A DNA stretch of 57,067 nucleotides from Gammaproteobacteria bacterium (GTDB lineage Bacteria; Pseudomonadota; Gammaproteobacteria; Ga0077536). Each line of letters opens with the position of its first letter. Within the stretch, counting starts at the first letter, position 1. Where the stretch lies: the NCBI GenBank assembly GCA_030833185.1, contig JAURHQ010000004.1:1-57067 (forward strand), in the 5' to 3' direction. Shown in pieces: positions 31,541 to 42,775 of this stretch. The notes below the pieces were generated by a model. It was not told where the DNA came from and searched no databases. It saw only the letters and a program-made list of their open reading frames with translations. Made by a program: the position numbers and the translations under genes.

Positions 31541-31990
31541 ATGGCCGCCATTCTCCTGCTGCACGGACCCAATCTGAACCTGCTCGGCACCCGCGAGCCG
31601 GCCACCTACGGCCGCCTGACCCTGCCCGAGCTTGAAGCCGGCGCCGTGGCTCACGCCGCGCAGCTGGGCCATCAGCTGAGCTGCTTCCAGACCAACGCCG
31701 AACACGCCCTGCTGGACCGCATCCACGCCGCCCGCCTCGACGGCACCGCGTTCATCGTGATCAACCCGGGCGCCTGGACCCACACCAGCATTGCGCTCCG
31801 CGATGCCCTGCTGGGCGTCGCGATCCCGTTTATCGAAGTCCACATTTCCAACGTGCATGCGCGGGAAGCCTTCCGCCAGCACTCCTATATTTCCGATATC
31901 GCGCGCGGAGTCATTACCGGGCTTGGCGCGCAAGGGTATGAATTTGCACTCTCCGCTGCCGCACAGTTTCTGCGCGCGCCGGCGGCCTGA
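31541..31990 (+). CDS. aroQ: type II 3-dehydroquinate dehydratase
   Basis: 149 aa ORF with [35 protein letters not shown] and [14 protein letters not shown]. Confidence 0.95.
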   Translation: MAAILLLHGPNLNLLGTREPATYGRLTLPELEAGAVAHAAQLGHQLSCFQTNAEHALLDRIHAARLDGTAFIVINPGAWTHTSIALRDALLGVAIPFIEVHISNVHAREAFRQHSYISDIARGVITGLGAQGYEFALSAAAQFLRAPAA

Positions 31991-32013
31991 GGGCCAAGAC
32001 AGCGAGAACAGTC

Positions 32014-32469
32014 ATGGATATCCGTAAAGTCAAAAAACTCATCGAACTGCTGGAAGAAACCGGCGTCGCCGAAATCGAAATCAAGGAAGGTGAGGAGTCG
32101 GTCCGCATCAGCCGGATGCCGACGGGCATGACCGTCGCGCCGATGATGCATGCGCCCGCCCCGATGGCGGCGCCAGTGGCGGCACCGGCCGCCGCGGCGA
32201 CCCCGGCGGCAGCGCCCGCGCCGGCCAAGGTCGAAGGCCATGTGGTTACTTCACCGATGGTCGGCACCTGGTACGCCTCGCCGGCGCCGGATGCCGCGGC
32301 TTTCGTCAAGCTGGGTCAGCAGGTCAAGGTGGGCGACACGCTGTGCATCATCGAGGCGATGAAAATTATGAATCCCATCGAGTCCGACCGCGCCGGCACG
32401 GTGGTCTCCATCCTGGTCGAGAACGGCCATCCGGTGGAGTTCGAACAGCCCCTGTTCGTGATCAACTAG
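32014..32469 (+). CDS. accB: acetyl-CoA carboxylase biotin carboxyl carrier protein
   Basis: 151 aa ORF with an Ala/Pro linker and the biotinyl motif [13 protein letters not shown]. Confidence 0.95.
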   Translation: MDIRKVKKLIELLEETGVAEIEIKEGEESVRISRMPTGMTVAPMMHAPAPMAAPVAAPAAAATPAAAPAPAKVEGHVVTSPMVGTWYASPAPDAAAFVKLGQQVKVGDTLCIIEAMKIMNPIESDRAGTVVSILVENGHPVEFEQPLFVIN

Positions 32470-32479
32470 GCCCCGCGGC

Positions 32480-33823
32480 ATGCTGTCCAAAGTTGTCATC
32501 GCGAACCGTGGCGAGATTGCACTGCGGGTCTTAAGGGCCTGCCGCGAACTCGGCATCCAGACGGTGGCGGTGCATTCCACCGTCGACCGCGACCTCAAAC
32601 ACGTGCGGCTGGCCGACGAGTCGGTCTGCATTGGCCTGCCCCAGCCGGCGCATTCCTATCTCAATATCCCGGCTGTGATCAGCGCGGCGGAAGTGACCGA
32701 CGCGGTGGCGATCCACCCGGGTTACGGCTTCTTGTCGGAAAACGCCGATTTCGCCGAGCGCGTCGAGCAGAGCGGCTTCATCTTCATCGGGCCGCGGCCA
32801 GAAACCATTCGCCTGATGGGCGACAAGATTTCCGCCATCAAGGCCATGCGTGCCGCCGGCATTCCCTGTGTGCCCGGCTCTGGCAAGCCGCTGACCGAGG
32901 ACATGGCGGAGAACATCCGCATTGCGCGCGAAATTGGCTATCCGGTGATCATCAAGGCCTCCGGCGGTGGCGGTGGGCGCGGCATGCGCGTGGTGCATGC
33001 GGAAGCGGCGCTGAAAGCCGCCATCCAGCTGACCAAGACCGAAGCGCTCGCCGCGTTCCAGAACGACGCCGTGTACATGGAGAAGTTTCTCGAGCACCCG
33101 CGTCACATCGAGTTTCAGGTCATCGCCGACGCCCACGGCAACTGCGTGTACCTGGGTGAGCGCGACTGCTCGATGCAGCGCCGCCATCAGAAGGTCATCG
33201 AGGAATCGCCGGCGCCCGGGATCACCCCGGAAGTGCGGCACATGATGGGCCAGCGCTGCGTGGATGCCTGCAAGGCGATCAACTACCGCGGTGCGGGGAC
33301 CTTCGAATTCCTGTACGAGAACGGCGAGTTCTACTTTATCGAGATGAACACCCGAGTGCAGGTGGAGCACCCGGTGACCGAAATGGTCACGGGCTTCGAC
33401 ATTGTCAAAGAGCAGCTCTCGATCGCTGCCGGCAATCGTCTGTCGATCCGGCAGGAAGACGTGGTGCTGCGCGGGCACGCCATCGAATGCCGCGTGAATG
33501 CCGAAGACCCCAAGACCTTCCGGCCCTCGCCCGGCAAAGTGAACATTTTTCATGCCCCGGGTGGTCCGGGCGTGCGGATGGATTCGCACCTCTACGACGG
33601 CTATGTGGTGCCGCCGTACTACGACTCGCTGGTCGCGAAGCTGATCTGCCACGGCGAAACCCGGGCGGCGGCGCTGGCCCGCATGACCACCGCGCTGGAC
33701 GAAATCGTGGTCGACGGCATCCTCACCAATATCCCGCTGCATCGGGATCTGGTGCGCGACGCGGCCTTCGCGGCCGGCGGCACCGACATCCACTATCTGG
33801 AGCGGAGGCTCGCCCTCGATTGA
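32480..33823 (+). CDS. accC: acetyl-CoA carboxylase biotin carboxylase subunit
   Basis: 447 aa ORF with [28 protein letters not shown] and [14 protein letters not shown]. Confidence 0.98.
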   Translation: MLSKVVIANRGEIALRVLRACRELGIQTVAVHSTVDRDLKHVRLADESVCIGLPQPAHSYLNIPAVISAAEVTDAVAIHPGYGFLSENADFAERVEQSGFIFIGPRPETIRLMGDKISAIKAMRAAGIPCVPGSGKPLTEDMAENIRIAREIGYPVIIKASGGGGGRGMRVVHAEAALKAAIQLTKTEALAAFQNDAVYMEKFLEHPRHIEFQVIADAHGNCVYLGERDCSMQRRHQKVIEESPAPGITPEVRHMMGQRCVDACKAINYRGAGTFEFLYENGEFYFIEMNTRVQVEHPVTEMVTGFDIVKEQLSIAAGNRLSIRQEDVVLRGHAIECRVNAEDPKTFRPSPGKVNIFHAPGGPGVRMDSHLYDGYVVPPYYDSLVAKLICHGETRAAALARMTTALDEIVVDGILTNIPLHRDLVRDAAFAAGGTDIHYLERRLALD

Positions 33824-34719
33824 GCGAGGCCTGGCTCAAAGTCTGCCTGCCCGCCGCTGACCGCGACGTGCCCCGGCTGGAAGACAGCCTGCTGGCGCTC
33901 GGCGCGCTGTCGGTGGCGGTGGCTGCGCGCGACGACACCACGCCACGCTTCTCCACACCCGGCGAGCCCGAGCCGGCGCTATGGGCGAACTGCGAAGTCG
34001 AGGCGCTGTTCGACGTCGGCACCGACCCCTTGGCGCTGCTCGCCACGCTGGACGCGGCCGGTTTGGCGGTCGGCGAGGCCCGCCACGAAGTCCTGGCTGA
34101 CCGCGACTGGCAGCAGAGCTTCCGTCAGCAATTCACGCCCCGCCGTTTCGCCGGTGATCTCTGGATCGTGCCGACCTGGCACGCGCCGCCGGACGGCGCG
34201 CGTCACATCATCACGCTCGACCCCGGCATGGCTTTCGGTACCGGCACCCACCCGACCACCGGGCTGTGTCTGGACTGGCTGGGCGGGCTCGGCGCGCTCA
34301 CCGGCGCGCGCGTGCTGGATTACGGCTGCGGCTCCGGCATTCTCGCGATCGCGGCGGCCCGCCTCGGCGCGGGGCAGGTGGTGGGGCTCGATATCGACCC
34401 CGAAGCCTGTGTCGTGGCCCGCGACAACGCGGCCCAGAATCATTGCCCGACGATCGAGGTCGTGTTGCCCGACGCCCTGCCCGGCGGCACCTACGACGTG
34501 CTGGTGGCGAACATCCTGCTGAACCCGTTATTGGCCCTGGCCGCAACGCTCGCCGGGCTGGTGCGGCCGGGCGGTTATCTTGGCCTGTCCGGGCTGCTGG
34601 CCGAGCAAGTCCCCGCTGCTGCCGCCGCCTACGCCCCGTGGTTTGAACTTGAGACGCCGGTGCTCCGCGAGGAGTGGGCCTTTATTGCCGGTCGACGGCG
34701 CGCGGTGACCCCGGCATGA
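33820..34719 (+). CDS. prmA: ribosomal protein L11 methyltransferase
   Basis: The TTG start overlaps the accC stop (TTGA) and gives [10 protein letters not shown]... The motifs [28 protein letters not shown] and ANIL are present. The track's upstream extension lies inside accC and is rejected. Confidence 0.9.
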   Translation: MSEAWLKVCLPAADRDVPRLEDSLLALGALSVAVAARDDTTPRFSTPGEPEPALWANCEVEALFDVGTDPLALLATLDAAGLAVGEARHEVLADRDWQQSFRQQFTPRRFAGDLWIVPTWHAPPDGARHIITLDPGMAFGTGTHPTTGLCLDWLGGLGALTGARVLDYGCGSGILAIAAARLGAGQVVGLDIDPEACVVARDNAAQNHCPTIEVVLPDALPGGTYDVLVANILLNPLLALAATLAGLVRPGGYLGLSGLLAEQVPAAAAAYAPWFELETPVLREEWAFIAGRRRAVTPA

Positions 34720-35534
34720 GCATGCTGACCCAGTGCCCGCATTGCCAGAGCGTGTTCCGCCTCAACGCGTCGGCGCTGGCGGTGGCTCGCGGGTTTGTGA
34801 CCTGCGGCGATTGCGGCCAGGTGTTTTTTAGCCTCGACCGACTGGCCGACGAACCCCACCAGGTGGAACCTGCGGCGCTGCCGCCGCAGAAATCCGAGCT
34901 GCCGCGCGTGCTGATGCACCCGGTGCCGGAAACCGAGGTACTGGAAAGCCTGAGCCCGGCCCCGGCCATGACGAACGAACAAGCGCTGGACGAGCTGCCG
35001 CTCGCTGACGTCCCGCCGGTGCTACGTCCGGATCTTTCCCGGCGCCAACAGCGCGCCGCCGCCCGCCGCGCACGCCGCTGGGCGCGGGTGAGCGCGCTGC
35101 TGCTGCTGCTTTTTGCCGCGCAGGTGCTGTGGCAGGCCCGCCTGCCCCTGATGCAGGCCTATCCGGTCGTGACGCCCTGGGTGCAGCGGTTCTGCGCCGC
35201 CGCCGGCTGCGCCGCGCGCGTGACGCTGCCGCCCGCGCAAATCGATCTGCTGGCGCGAGATGTGCGCGAACACCCGCAGTACGCCGGCGCCCTGCTGGTG
35301 AACGCCACGCTGGTGAACCGCGAATCGCAAGCGGCGCCCTATCCGGTGCTGCAGCTTGCGTTCCTCGACCGTAACGGCGAGGCCGTCGGGGTGCGGCGCT
35401 TCCTGCCGCGCGATTATCTGGATGCTTCGGTTGATCCGGCGCAAGGCATGCCGCCGTCCCGGCCGGTGCAAATTCTGCTGGAGCTGCAGGACCCCGGCGC
35501 GCGGGCTGCCGGCTTCGAATTCAATCTGCGGTAG
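34716..35534 (+). CDS. zinc-ribbon (MJ0042-type) / DUF3426-family membrane protein
   Basis: The product starts [17 protein letters not shown]...VTCGDCGQVF, followed by one TM segment and a C-terminal DUF3426-like domain. Its ATG overlaps the prmA stop (ATGA). The position after prmA is conserved in Pseudomonas-like genomes. Confidence 0.7.
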   Translation: MSMLTQCPHCQSVFRLNASALAVARGFVTCGDCGQVFFSLDRLADEPHQVEPAALPPQKSELPRVLMHPVPETEVLESLSPAPAMTNEQALDELPLADVPPVLRPDLSRRQQRAAARRARRWARVSALLLLLFAAQVLWQARLPLMQAYPVVTPWVQRFCAAAGCAARVTLPPAQIDLLARDVREHPQYAGALLVNATLVNRESQAAPYPVLQLAFLDRNGEAVGVRRFLPRDYLDASVDPAQGMPPSRPVQILLELQDPGARAAGFEFNLR

Positions 35535-35727
35535 CAGCCAAAAAAGCCTTTCGCAAGCGCGCTCACGCGGTTTTTTAAAACCACATTCTTTGGCTTCCGA
35601 TCCCCCGGGATTGTGGCTATCATCGATTCGCAACAGTGGAAACGCCGTCTCCGGTTCGGTGATTTCCAAAAAAAATATGGCCCTCACCCACGGGTCTTTA
35701 ACCGGAATGTTCCTCCCCTGCAAAACG

Positions 35728-35753
35728 CCTGCGCTGTGTTCGCACAGCGCGGG
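35728..35753 (+). other. strong stem-loop in the dusB-fis leader (CCUGCGCUGUG-UUCG-CACAGCGCGGG)
   Basis: There is a perfect 8-bp inverted repeat at 35731-35738 / 35743-35750 around a TTCG tetraloop. It is extendable to 11 bp with one G-U pair. A T6 run lies 10 nt downstream, and the element sits about 55 nt upstream of the dusB ATG. Confidence 0.5.
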
Positions 35754-35805
35754 ACGTGTGTCGTTTTTTCCGGGGGAACGAAAGCAAGCAGAGCACATAA
35801 CGAGA

Positions 35806-36791
<986 letters not shown>

Positions 36792-36795
<4 letters not shown>

Positions 36796-37088
36796 ACGCA
36801 AACTCAGTTGCTGGAGGCAACGGCGGCAAGAGCGCAGGGACTGCGCAGGCTGAGCCCTATCAGCCCTTGTCGTTTCATGTGAAAGAAGCACTGGAGCGCT
36901 ACTTCACGGCGCTCAATGGCCATGCGCCGGGCGGCCTGTACGAACTGGTGCTGACGGAAATCGAGCGCCCCCTGCTGGAAGAAGTCATGCGCCGGACCCG
37001 CGGCAATATTTCCAAGGCCGCGCAGCACCTTGGGCTTAATCGCGCAACCTTGCGCAAGAAACTGGAGAAGCATGGCATTCCCAGCTAG
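36792..37088 (+). CDS. fis: Fis-family nucleoid-associated DNA-binding protein
   Basis: The ATG overlaps the dusB stop (ATGA). The 98 aa product ends with the HTH GNISKAAQHLGLNRATLRKKLEKHGI. It follows the canonical dusB-fis operon arrangement. Confidence 0.9.
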
Positions 37089-37127
37089 GCTCGCGCCCTC
37101 TTTCTGCTGTGCTCCCGGAGTGTGTTC

Positions 37128-38687
37128 ATGACGACTGTGCGTCGCGCCCTGTTAAGCGTTTCCGATAAACAGGGCTTGCTCGATTTCGCCCGCGCGCTGG
37201 TCGCGCAAGGGGTGGAAATCCTCTCGACCGGCGGCTCGGCTGCCGCGTTACGCGGCGCGGGGATCGCGGTCACCGAAGTCTCTTCGCACACCGGCTTTCC
37301 TGAAATCATGGACGGGCGGGTCAAGACCCTGCATCCGAAAATCCACGGCGGCCTGCTGGGTCGTCGCGGGCAGGACGACGCCGTCATGCAGCAGCATGGC
37401 ATCGCGCCGATCGATCTGCTGGTGGTCAATCTTTATCCCTTCGCGCAGACCGTGGCCAAGGCCGACTGCACGCTGGATGACGCGATCGAAAATATCGACA
37501 TCGGCGGGCCGGCGATGGTGCGCGCGGCGGCCAAGAATCACGCCCATGTGGCGGTGGTGGTCGACCCGGCGGATTACCCCGCGTTGCTCGCCGAGCTCGC
37601 CGCCGAGGGTAGTCTCAGCCTCGCCACCCGCTTTCGCCTCGCCGCCAAGGCCTATGCGCACACGGCCGATTACGACGCGGCGGTGGCGAAGTATCTCGCC
37701 GCCAAAATCCCGGCTGCGCCCCAGTATCCCGATACGCTTCGCCTGCGCTTCAGCAAGCTGCAGGATTTGCGCTACGGCGAAAACCCGCACCAGAGCGCCG
37801 CCTTCTACGCCGACCCCGCACCGCCGGCCGGTTCGATCGCGGCCGCGCGCCAGCTGCACGGCAAGGAACTCTCGTTCAACAACATCGCCGACACCGACGC
37901 CGCGCTGATGTGCGTGTGGGCTTTCGACGGTCCGGCCTGCTGCATCGTCAAACACGCCAATCCCTGCGGCGTGGCGGCCGCCGGCGATATTCGCAGCGCT
38001 TACGAGTTTGCCTATCTCACCGACCCGACCTCCGCCTTCGGCGGCATCATCGCGTTCAATCGCGAGCTTGATGCCGACACGGCCGAGGCCATCGTCAGCC
38101 GACAGTTCGTGGAAGTCATCGTCGCACCTGCCGTTAGCGCGGCAGCACTCGCGATTTGCCAGCGCAAGAAAGACGTGCGCGTGCTGGTGGTCGGCACGCC
38201 GGGCGCGGAAGCGCCCCTGCTCGATTACAAACGGGTGACCGGCGGTCTGCTGGTGCAGGACCGCGACGCCATTGCCTGCGCGATTGCGGTTGGCGATCTG
38301 AAAGTGGTCTCGCGCCGCGCCCCGACCGAAGCCGAATTGCGCGACCTGATGTTCGCCTGGCGGGTGGTGAAGTGTGTGAAGTCGAACGCCATTGTCTATG
38401 CCCGTGACGAGCGCACGATAGGCGTGGGGGCGGGCCAGATGAGCCGGGTCTATTCGGCGCGCATCGCCGGCATCAAGGCGGCCGACGAAGGGCTGGAAGT
38501 GAAAGGCTCGGTGATGGCCTCGGACGCTTTCTTCCCGTTTCGTGACGGCATTGATTCCGCCGCCGCGGTCGGTATCACGGCCGTCATCCAGCCCGGTGGC
38601 TCGGTGCGCGACCCGGAAGTCATTGCCGCCGCCGACGAAGCCGGCATGGCGATGGTCTTGACCGGCATGCGCCACTTCCGCCACTGA
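37128..38687 (+). CDS. purH: bifunctional AICAR transformylase / IMP cyclohydrolase
   Basis: It carries [29 protein letters not shown] and a C-terminal [11 protein letters not shown] 37128 is preceded by GGAG. Confidence 0.97.
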   Translation: MTTVRRALLSVSDKQGLLDFARALVAQGVEILSTGGSAAALRGAGIAVTEVSSHTGFPEIMDGRVKTLHPKIHGGLLGRRGQDDAVMQQHGIAPIDLLVVNLYPFAQTVAKADCTLDDAIENIDIGGPAMVRAAAKNHAHVAVVVDPADYPALLAELAAEGSLSLATRFRLAAKAYAHTADYDAAVAKYLAAKIPAAPQYPDTLRLRFSKLQDLRYGENPHQSAAFYADPAPPAGSIAAARQLHGKELSFNNIADTDAALMCVWAFDGPACCIVKHANPCGVAAAGDIRSAYEFAYLTDPTSAFGGIIAFNRELDADTAEAIVSRQFVEVIVAPAVSAAALAICQRKKDVRVLVVGTPGAEAPLLDYKRVTGGLLVQDRDAIACAIAVGDLKVVSRRAPTEAELRDLMFAWRVVKCVKSNAIVYARDERTIGVGAGQMSRVYSARIAGIKAADEGLEVKGSVMASDAFFPFRDGIDSAAAVGITAVIQPGGSVRDPEVIAAADEAGMAMVLTGMRHFRH

Positions 38688-38766
38688 ACGCCAGCAAGCG
38701 CAGTACCCCGCCCGAACATTCCAAGGCGCCGCGTCCGCGCGCCGCCGCAACGGAGCTCTGATACGC

Positions 38767-40059
38767 ATGAAAGTCCTCATTATTGGCGGTGGTGGCCGCG
38801 AGCACGCGCTGGCCTGGAAATGCGCACAGTCGAACCGCGTGACGCACGTTTACGTCGCGCCGGGCAATGCCGGGACGGCCACCGAGCCCAAGGTCAAAAA
38901 CGTGCCGATTGCGGTAGACGACATCCCGGCGCTGGTGAACTTCGCCGCGCGCCAGCAGATTGCCGTGACCATCGTTGGGCCCGAAGCGCCGCTGGTCGCC
39001 GGCATCGTCGATGCGTTCGAGAAAGCGGAATTGCGCTGCTTCGGTCCGCGTGCGAACGCCGCCATCCTCGAAGCCTCGAAAGCCTTCAGCAAAGACTTCT
39101 TCAAGCGCCATCACATTCCCACCGCGCGCTACGAGAACTTCACCGAGCTCGCTGCCGCCGAGGCCTACATCCGCGCGCACGAACTGCCGGTGGTGGTGAA
39201 AGCCTCGGGGCTTGCGGCCGGCAAGGGCGTGGTGATTGCGCAGACCACGGATGAGGCGCTGGCGGCCGCGCGCGACATGCTAAGCGGCAGCGCCTTCGGC
39301 GCGGCCGGTGCCGAAATCGTGGTGGAGGAATTTCTGCAGGGCGAGGAAGCAAGCTTCATCGTCATGACCGACGGCAAGAGCGCCTGGCCCTTCGCGCCGG
39401 CACAGGATCACAAAGCGATCTTCGACGGCGATCAGGGGCCGAACACCGGCGGCATGGGCGCCTATTCGCCGGCGCCGATTATCGACATGGCGCTGCGCGA
39501 ACGGGTGCTGCGCGAAGTCATCTACCCGACGCTGAAAGGCATGGCGGCCGAAGGCCGGCCGTACGTGGGTTTTCTCTTTGCGGGTCTCATGATCACGCCC
39601 GACGGCGCGCCGAAAGTGCTGGAGTACAACTGCCGTTTTGGCGATCCCGAAACCCAGCCCAGCATGATGCGGCTGAAGACCGATCTGGCCGAAGCCTGTC
39701 TGGCGGTGCTGAAGGGCGATACCCGACGTCTGCGGCTTGATTTCGATCCGCGTGCGGCGGTCGGCGTGGTGCTGGCGGCCGGCGGCTATCCTGGCGACTA
39801 CGCCAAGGGCCTGCCGATCACCGGGCTCGATCAACAGCTGCCGGACACCAAGGTCTTTCACGCCGGCACGGTGCTGAAAGACGGCGAATATCAGACCAGC
39901 GGCGGTCGCGTGCTATGCGTGGTGGGTCTTGGTAAAAGCGTGCGCGGGGCGCAGGAACGGGCCTACGCCCGGGTGCGGCAAATCGCCTTCGACGGCATGC
40001 AGTATCGTCAGGACATCGGCTACCGCGCGGTGGCGCGCGAGACCACCGCCGGCACCTGA
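38767..40059 (+). CDS. purD: phosphoribosylamine-glycine ligase
   Basis: 430 aa ORF with [18 protein letters not shown], an ATP-grasp region and [13 protein letters not shown]. Confidence 0.97.
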   Translation: MKVLIIGGGGREHALAWKCAQSNRVTHVYVAPGNAGTATEPKVKNVPIAVDDIPALVNFAARQQIAVTIVGPEAPLVAGIVDAFEKAELRCFGPRANAAILEASKAFSKDFFKRHHIPTARYENFTELAAAEAYIRAHELPVVVKASGLAAGKGVVIAQTTDEALAAARDMLSGSAFGAAGAEIVVEEFLQGEEASFIVMTDGKSAWPFAPAQDHKAIFDGDQGPNTGGMGAYSPAPIIDMALRERVLREVIYPTLKGMAAEGRPYVGFLFAGLMITPDGAPKVLEYNCRFGDPETQPSMMRLKTDLAEACLAVLKGDTRRLRLDFDPRAAVGVVLAAGGYPGDYAKGLPITGLDQQLPDTKVFHAGTVLKDGEYQTSGGRVLCVVGLGKSVRGAQERAYARVRQIAFDGMQYRQDIGYRAVARETTAGT

Positions 40060-40087
40060 GTCGCCGGCGGCGGGGTGAAGCGCGCGC

Positions 40088-41536
40088 CTAGCTCGCGCGC
40101 CGCGCCTCAAACACTTCCGCATCCGGGCGCATGGTGCGCGCCCAGAACTCGTCAATCGTGTGCGGCCACTGGGTGACTACGCGCCCGGAGCTCGCGCTGT
40201 AGTAATTGCCGCAGGCGGCCCGCCACACGTCAACCGACTGGATTTCCTGCTGCATCGATTCGTTGTAGCGCGCTTCCACTTCTGCGCGCAGGTCGATCGA
40301 CGCCAGCCGCTCGCGTTCAAGGCGCTTGATCTGCCGCAGGATGTAATCGACCTGAATTTCCAGCATGGCGATGATCGAACCGTTGTTGGTGTTCGGCCCG
40401 TACAGCATGAAGAGATTGGGGAAGCCGCTGGTCACCATGCCGAGATAGGCCTGCGCCCCATCGCGCCAGGCGTCGTCCAGCTTCAGCCCGTTACGCCCGG
40501 ATACTTCAATCGCCGAGAGATAACGCGATACCTTGAAGCCGGTGGCGAGAATGAGGGTGTCGACCTTGCGCTCGACGCCGTCGGCGCTCACCACGCTGTC
40601 GGCCGTTACCTGCGTGATACGGTCGGTCACCAATTCCACCTGCGGCAGGTTAAACACCGGGTAGTACTTGTTGGAAAAGAGCGGACGCTTGCAGCCAAAC
40701 GGGTGGGTGGGCTTCAGCTTCTCGCGCAGCGCCGGATCGTTCACCACCTCGATATTGGCCAGCGCGGCGCGCGTGCACTCGGCCTGAATGCCTTCGTTGC
40801 TGAAGGTGATGAACTCGTTCAGTTCCTTGTAAATCTGCGCGCGGGATTCGTGCAGCGCGTTGGGGTCGTTGGTGAATTTCGCGATCTGCTCTGCGCTGTA
40901 GGGCGTGTCGTCCTTGGGGGCGACCCAGTTCGCGGTGCGCTGGAACAAGTACAACGCGCCGGTTTTTGCCGCGATTTCCGGCACAAACTGCACCGCGCTG
41001 GCCGCGCTGCCGATCACCGCGACCCGCTTGCCGCTGAGGTCGTGCTGCTGATTCCACTGCGCGGAATGAAACTGCGTACCCTGAAAATCCTGCAGGCCGG
41101 CAATGTCGGGAAACTCGAGTTCGTTAAACATCCCCATCCCGCTGACCAGAATCGGCGCGCGGAAAATCTGGCCGTCGGTGGTGGTGACTTCCCACTCGGC
41201 GTCCCGGTCTTGCCAGCGCGCGGCCTGCACCGCGTGATTGAAGCGCACAAAAGGCTTCACGCCGTATTTGTTCGCGACGTGTTCGAGGTACGCAAGAATT
41301 TCCGGCTGCCCGGCGAACGGCCGCGACCAGTCGGCCTTCAGCTCGAAGGAAAACGAATAGAGATGCGACTTCACGTCGCACTCCGCGCCGGGGTAGCGGT
41401 TATGCCACCAGGTGCCGCCCACCCCGCTGGCCTTTTCAAGGATGACGAAATCCTCGATGCCCGCCTCGCGCAGCTTGATGGCGGTGCACATGCCGCCGGG
41501 GCCGGCGCCGATTACCACCACATCGTAATCACTCAT
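40088..41536 (-). CDS. class B flavoprotein monooxygenase (Baeyer-Villiger / FMO type)
   Basis: 482 aa ORF with the FAD Rossmann motif VVVIGAGPGG, the motif GGTWWHNRYPGAECD, the BVMO fingerprint FQGTQFHSAQW and a second Rossmann motif VAVIGSAASAVQ. It lacks the lipoamide dehydrogenase redox-disulfide motif. Confidence 0.8.
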   Translation of the reverse strand: MSDYDVVVIGAGPGGMCTAIKLREAGIEDFVILEKASGVGGTWWHNRYPGAECDVKSHLYSFSFELKADWSRPFAGQPEILAYLEHVANKYGVKPFVRFNHAVQAARWQDRDAEWEVTTTDGQIFRAPILVSGMGMFNELEFPDIAGLQDFQGTQFHSAQWNQQHDLSGKRVAVIGSAASAVQFVPEIAAKTGALYLFQRTANWVAPKDDTPYSAEQIAKFTNDPNALHESRAQIYKELNEFITFSNEGIQAECTRAALANIEVVNDPALREKLKPTHPFGCKRPLFSNKYYPVFNLPQVELVTDRITQVTADSVVSADGVERKVDTLILATGFKVSRYLSAIEVSGRNGLKLDDAWRDGAQAYLGMVTSGFPNLFMLYGPNTNNGSIIAMLEIQVDYILRQIKRLERERLASIDLRAEVEARYNESMQQEIQSVDVWRAACGNYYSASSGRVVTQWPHTIDEFWARTMRPDAEVFEARRAS

Positions 41537-41544
41537 GGGTCACC

Positions 41545-42729
41545 TCAAATTTGGAGGAGCATGCGGCTGGGGTCTTCCAGCATCTGCCGAATGGTGTCGA
41601 GACATTGCACGGCTTCGCGGCCGTCGATGATGCGGTGGTCGTAGGAGAGCGCCAGGTACATCATGGGTCGAATGACGATTGCCCCCTTCTCGACCACCGG
41701 GCGATCCTGAATTTTGTGCATGCCCAGAATCGCGCTTTGCGGCGGATTGAGAATCGGGGTGGAGACCAGCGAGCCAAAAATGCCGCCGTTGCTGATGGTG
41801 AAGGTGCCGCCGGAGAGCTCTTCAATGGTCAGCTTTCCATCGCGAGCTTTCTCGCCAAACTCCCTGACTTTCAGCTCGATTTCGGCAAACGAGAGGGTCT
41901 CGGCATTGCGCAGGATAGGGACCACGAGTCCGCGTTCCGAGCCAACCGCCACGCCGATGTCGAAGTAGGGGTGATAGACGATGTCTTCGCCATCGATGAA
42001 GGCATTCACGACGGGAAACTTCTTCAGGGCTTCGACTGCCGCGCGAACGAAGAAAGACATGAAGCCCATTTTCACGCCGTGGCGTTTTTCGAAGTCATCC
42101 TTGTAGCGATTGCGCAGGTCCATCACGGGCTGCATGTTCACTTCGTTGAACGTGGTGAGAATCGCCGCCTGCTGCTGGGCCTGGAGCAGCCGCTCGGCCG
42201 TGCGCTTACGCAGTCGCGTCATCGGCACGCGCTCGTCCGCTCTGGGGCCACTGGCGGTCGCAATGGCGGCGGGCGGCGCGACTGGCGCCGGCGCTTGCTT
42301 GGCGGCAGGCGCCGACGACAGGGCGTCGGCCTTGGTGATCCGCCCGTCCTTGCCAGAGCCGGCAATATTCGATGGATCAAGGCCTTTCTCGTCGATGATC
42401 TTGCGCGCCGCAGGGCCCATGCGGGCGGCGTCGGTTTTGCTTGCTGCGGGCGCCGCAGCGGCCGGGGCAGCCGTTTCCACGCTGGCGGCGGCGGTCGTGT
42501 CGATGACCGCCAGAATTTCATCGGCGGTGACCACGTCCCCGGTCTGCTTGCGGAGTTCAACCAGAATCCCGCCTTCGGGCGCGGCGACTTCCAGCGTCAC
42601 CTTGTCGGTTTCCAGATCGATCAGGTTTTCGCCCCGCTCGACCCGCTCGCCGGACTTTTTCTTCCATTCGAGCAGGGTGGCGTCGGGCACAGATTCGGCG
42701 AGGACCGGCACTTTGACTTCAACTAACAC
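41545..42729 (-). CDS. sucB: 2-oxoglutarate dehydrogenase E2, dihydrolipoyllysine-residue succinyltransferase
   Basis: 394 aa ORF with a lipoyl domain ([11 protein letters not shown]), an Ala/Pro linker and the catalytic motif [13 protein letters not shown]. Confidence 0.96.
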   Translation of the reverse strand: MLVEVKVPVLAESVPDATLLEWKKKSGERVERGENLIDLETDKVTLEVAAPEGGILVELRKQTGDVVTADEILAVIDTTAAASVETAAPAAAAPAASKTDAARMGPAARKIIDEKGLDPSNIAGSGKDGRITKADALSSAPAAKQAPAPVAPPAAIATASGPRADERVPMTRLRKRTAERLLQAQQQAAILTTFNEVNMQPVMDLRNRYKDDFEKRHGVKMGFMSFFVRAAVEALKKFPVVNAFIDGEDIVYHPYFDIGVAVGSERGLVVPILRNAETLSFAEIELKVREFGEKARDGKLTIEELSGGTFTISNGGIFGSLVSTPILNPPQSAILGMHKIQDRPVVEKGAIVIRPMMYLALSYDHRIIDGREAVQCLDTIRQMLEDPSRMLLQI

Positions 42730-42775
42730 AGCGTTTCCTTTTTCGTCTGATAGCGCGGGACGGGCAGGGCAGCGT

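Noticed and set aside
37248-38780. 510 aa minus-strand ORF.
   Set aside because: It is antisense to purH, which is confidently identified. The translation has no recognisable domain. It is a high-GC shadow ORF.
40088-41536. Annotating the gene after sucB as lpd (E3) on positional grounds.
   Set aside because: It has the GGTWWHNRYPGAECD and FxGxxxHxxxW monooxygenase motifs. It lacks the CxxxxC redox disulfide and the C-terminal interface-domain signature of dihydrolipoyl dehydrogenase.
40160-41644. 494 aa plus-strand ORF, together with 41551-42726 (391 aa) and 42110-43429 (439 aa).
   Set aside because: All three are antisense to the flavin monooxygenase, sucB or sucA genes. Their compositions are biased (R, G, A, H, V rich) and they carry no motifs.
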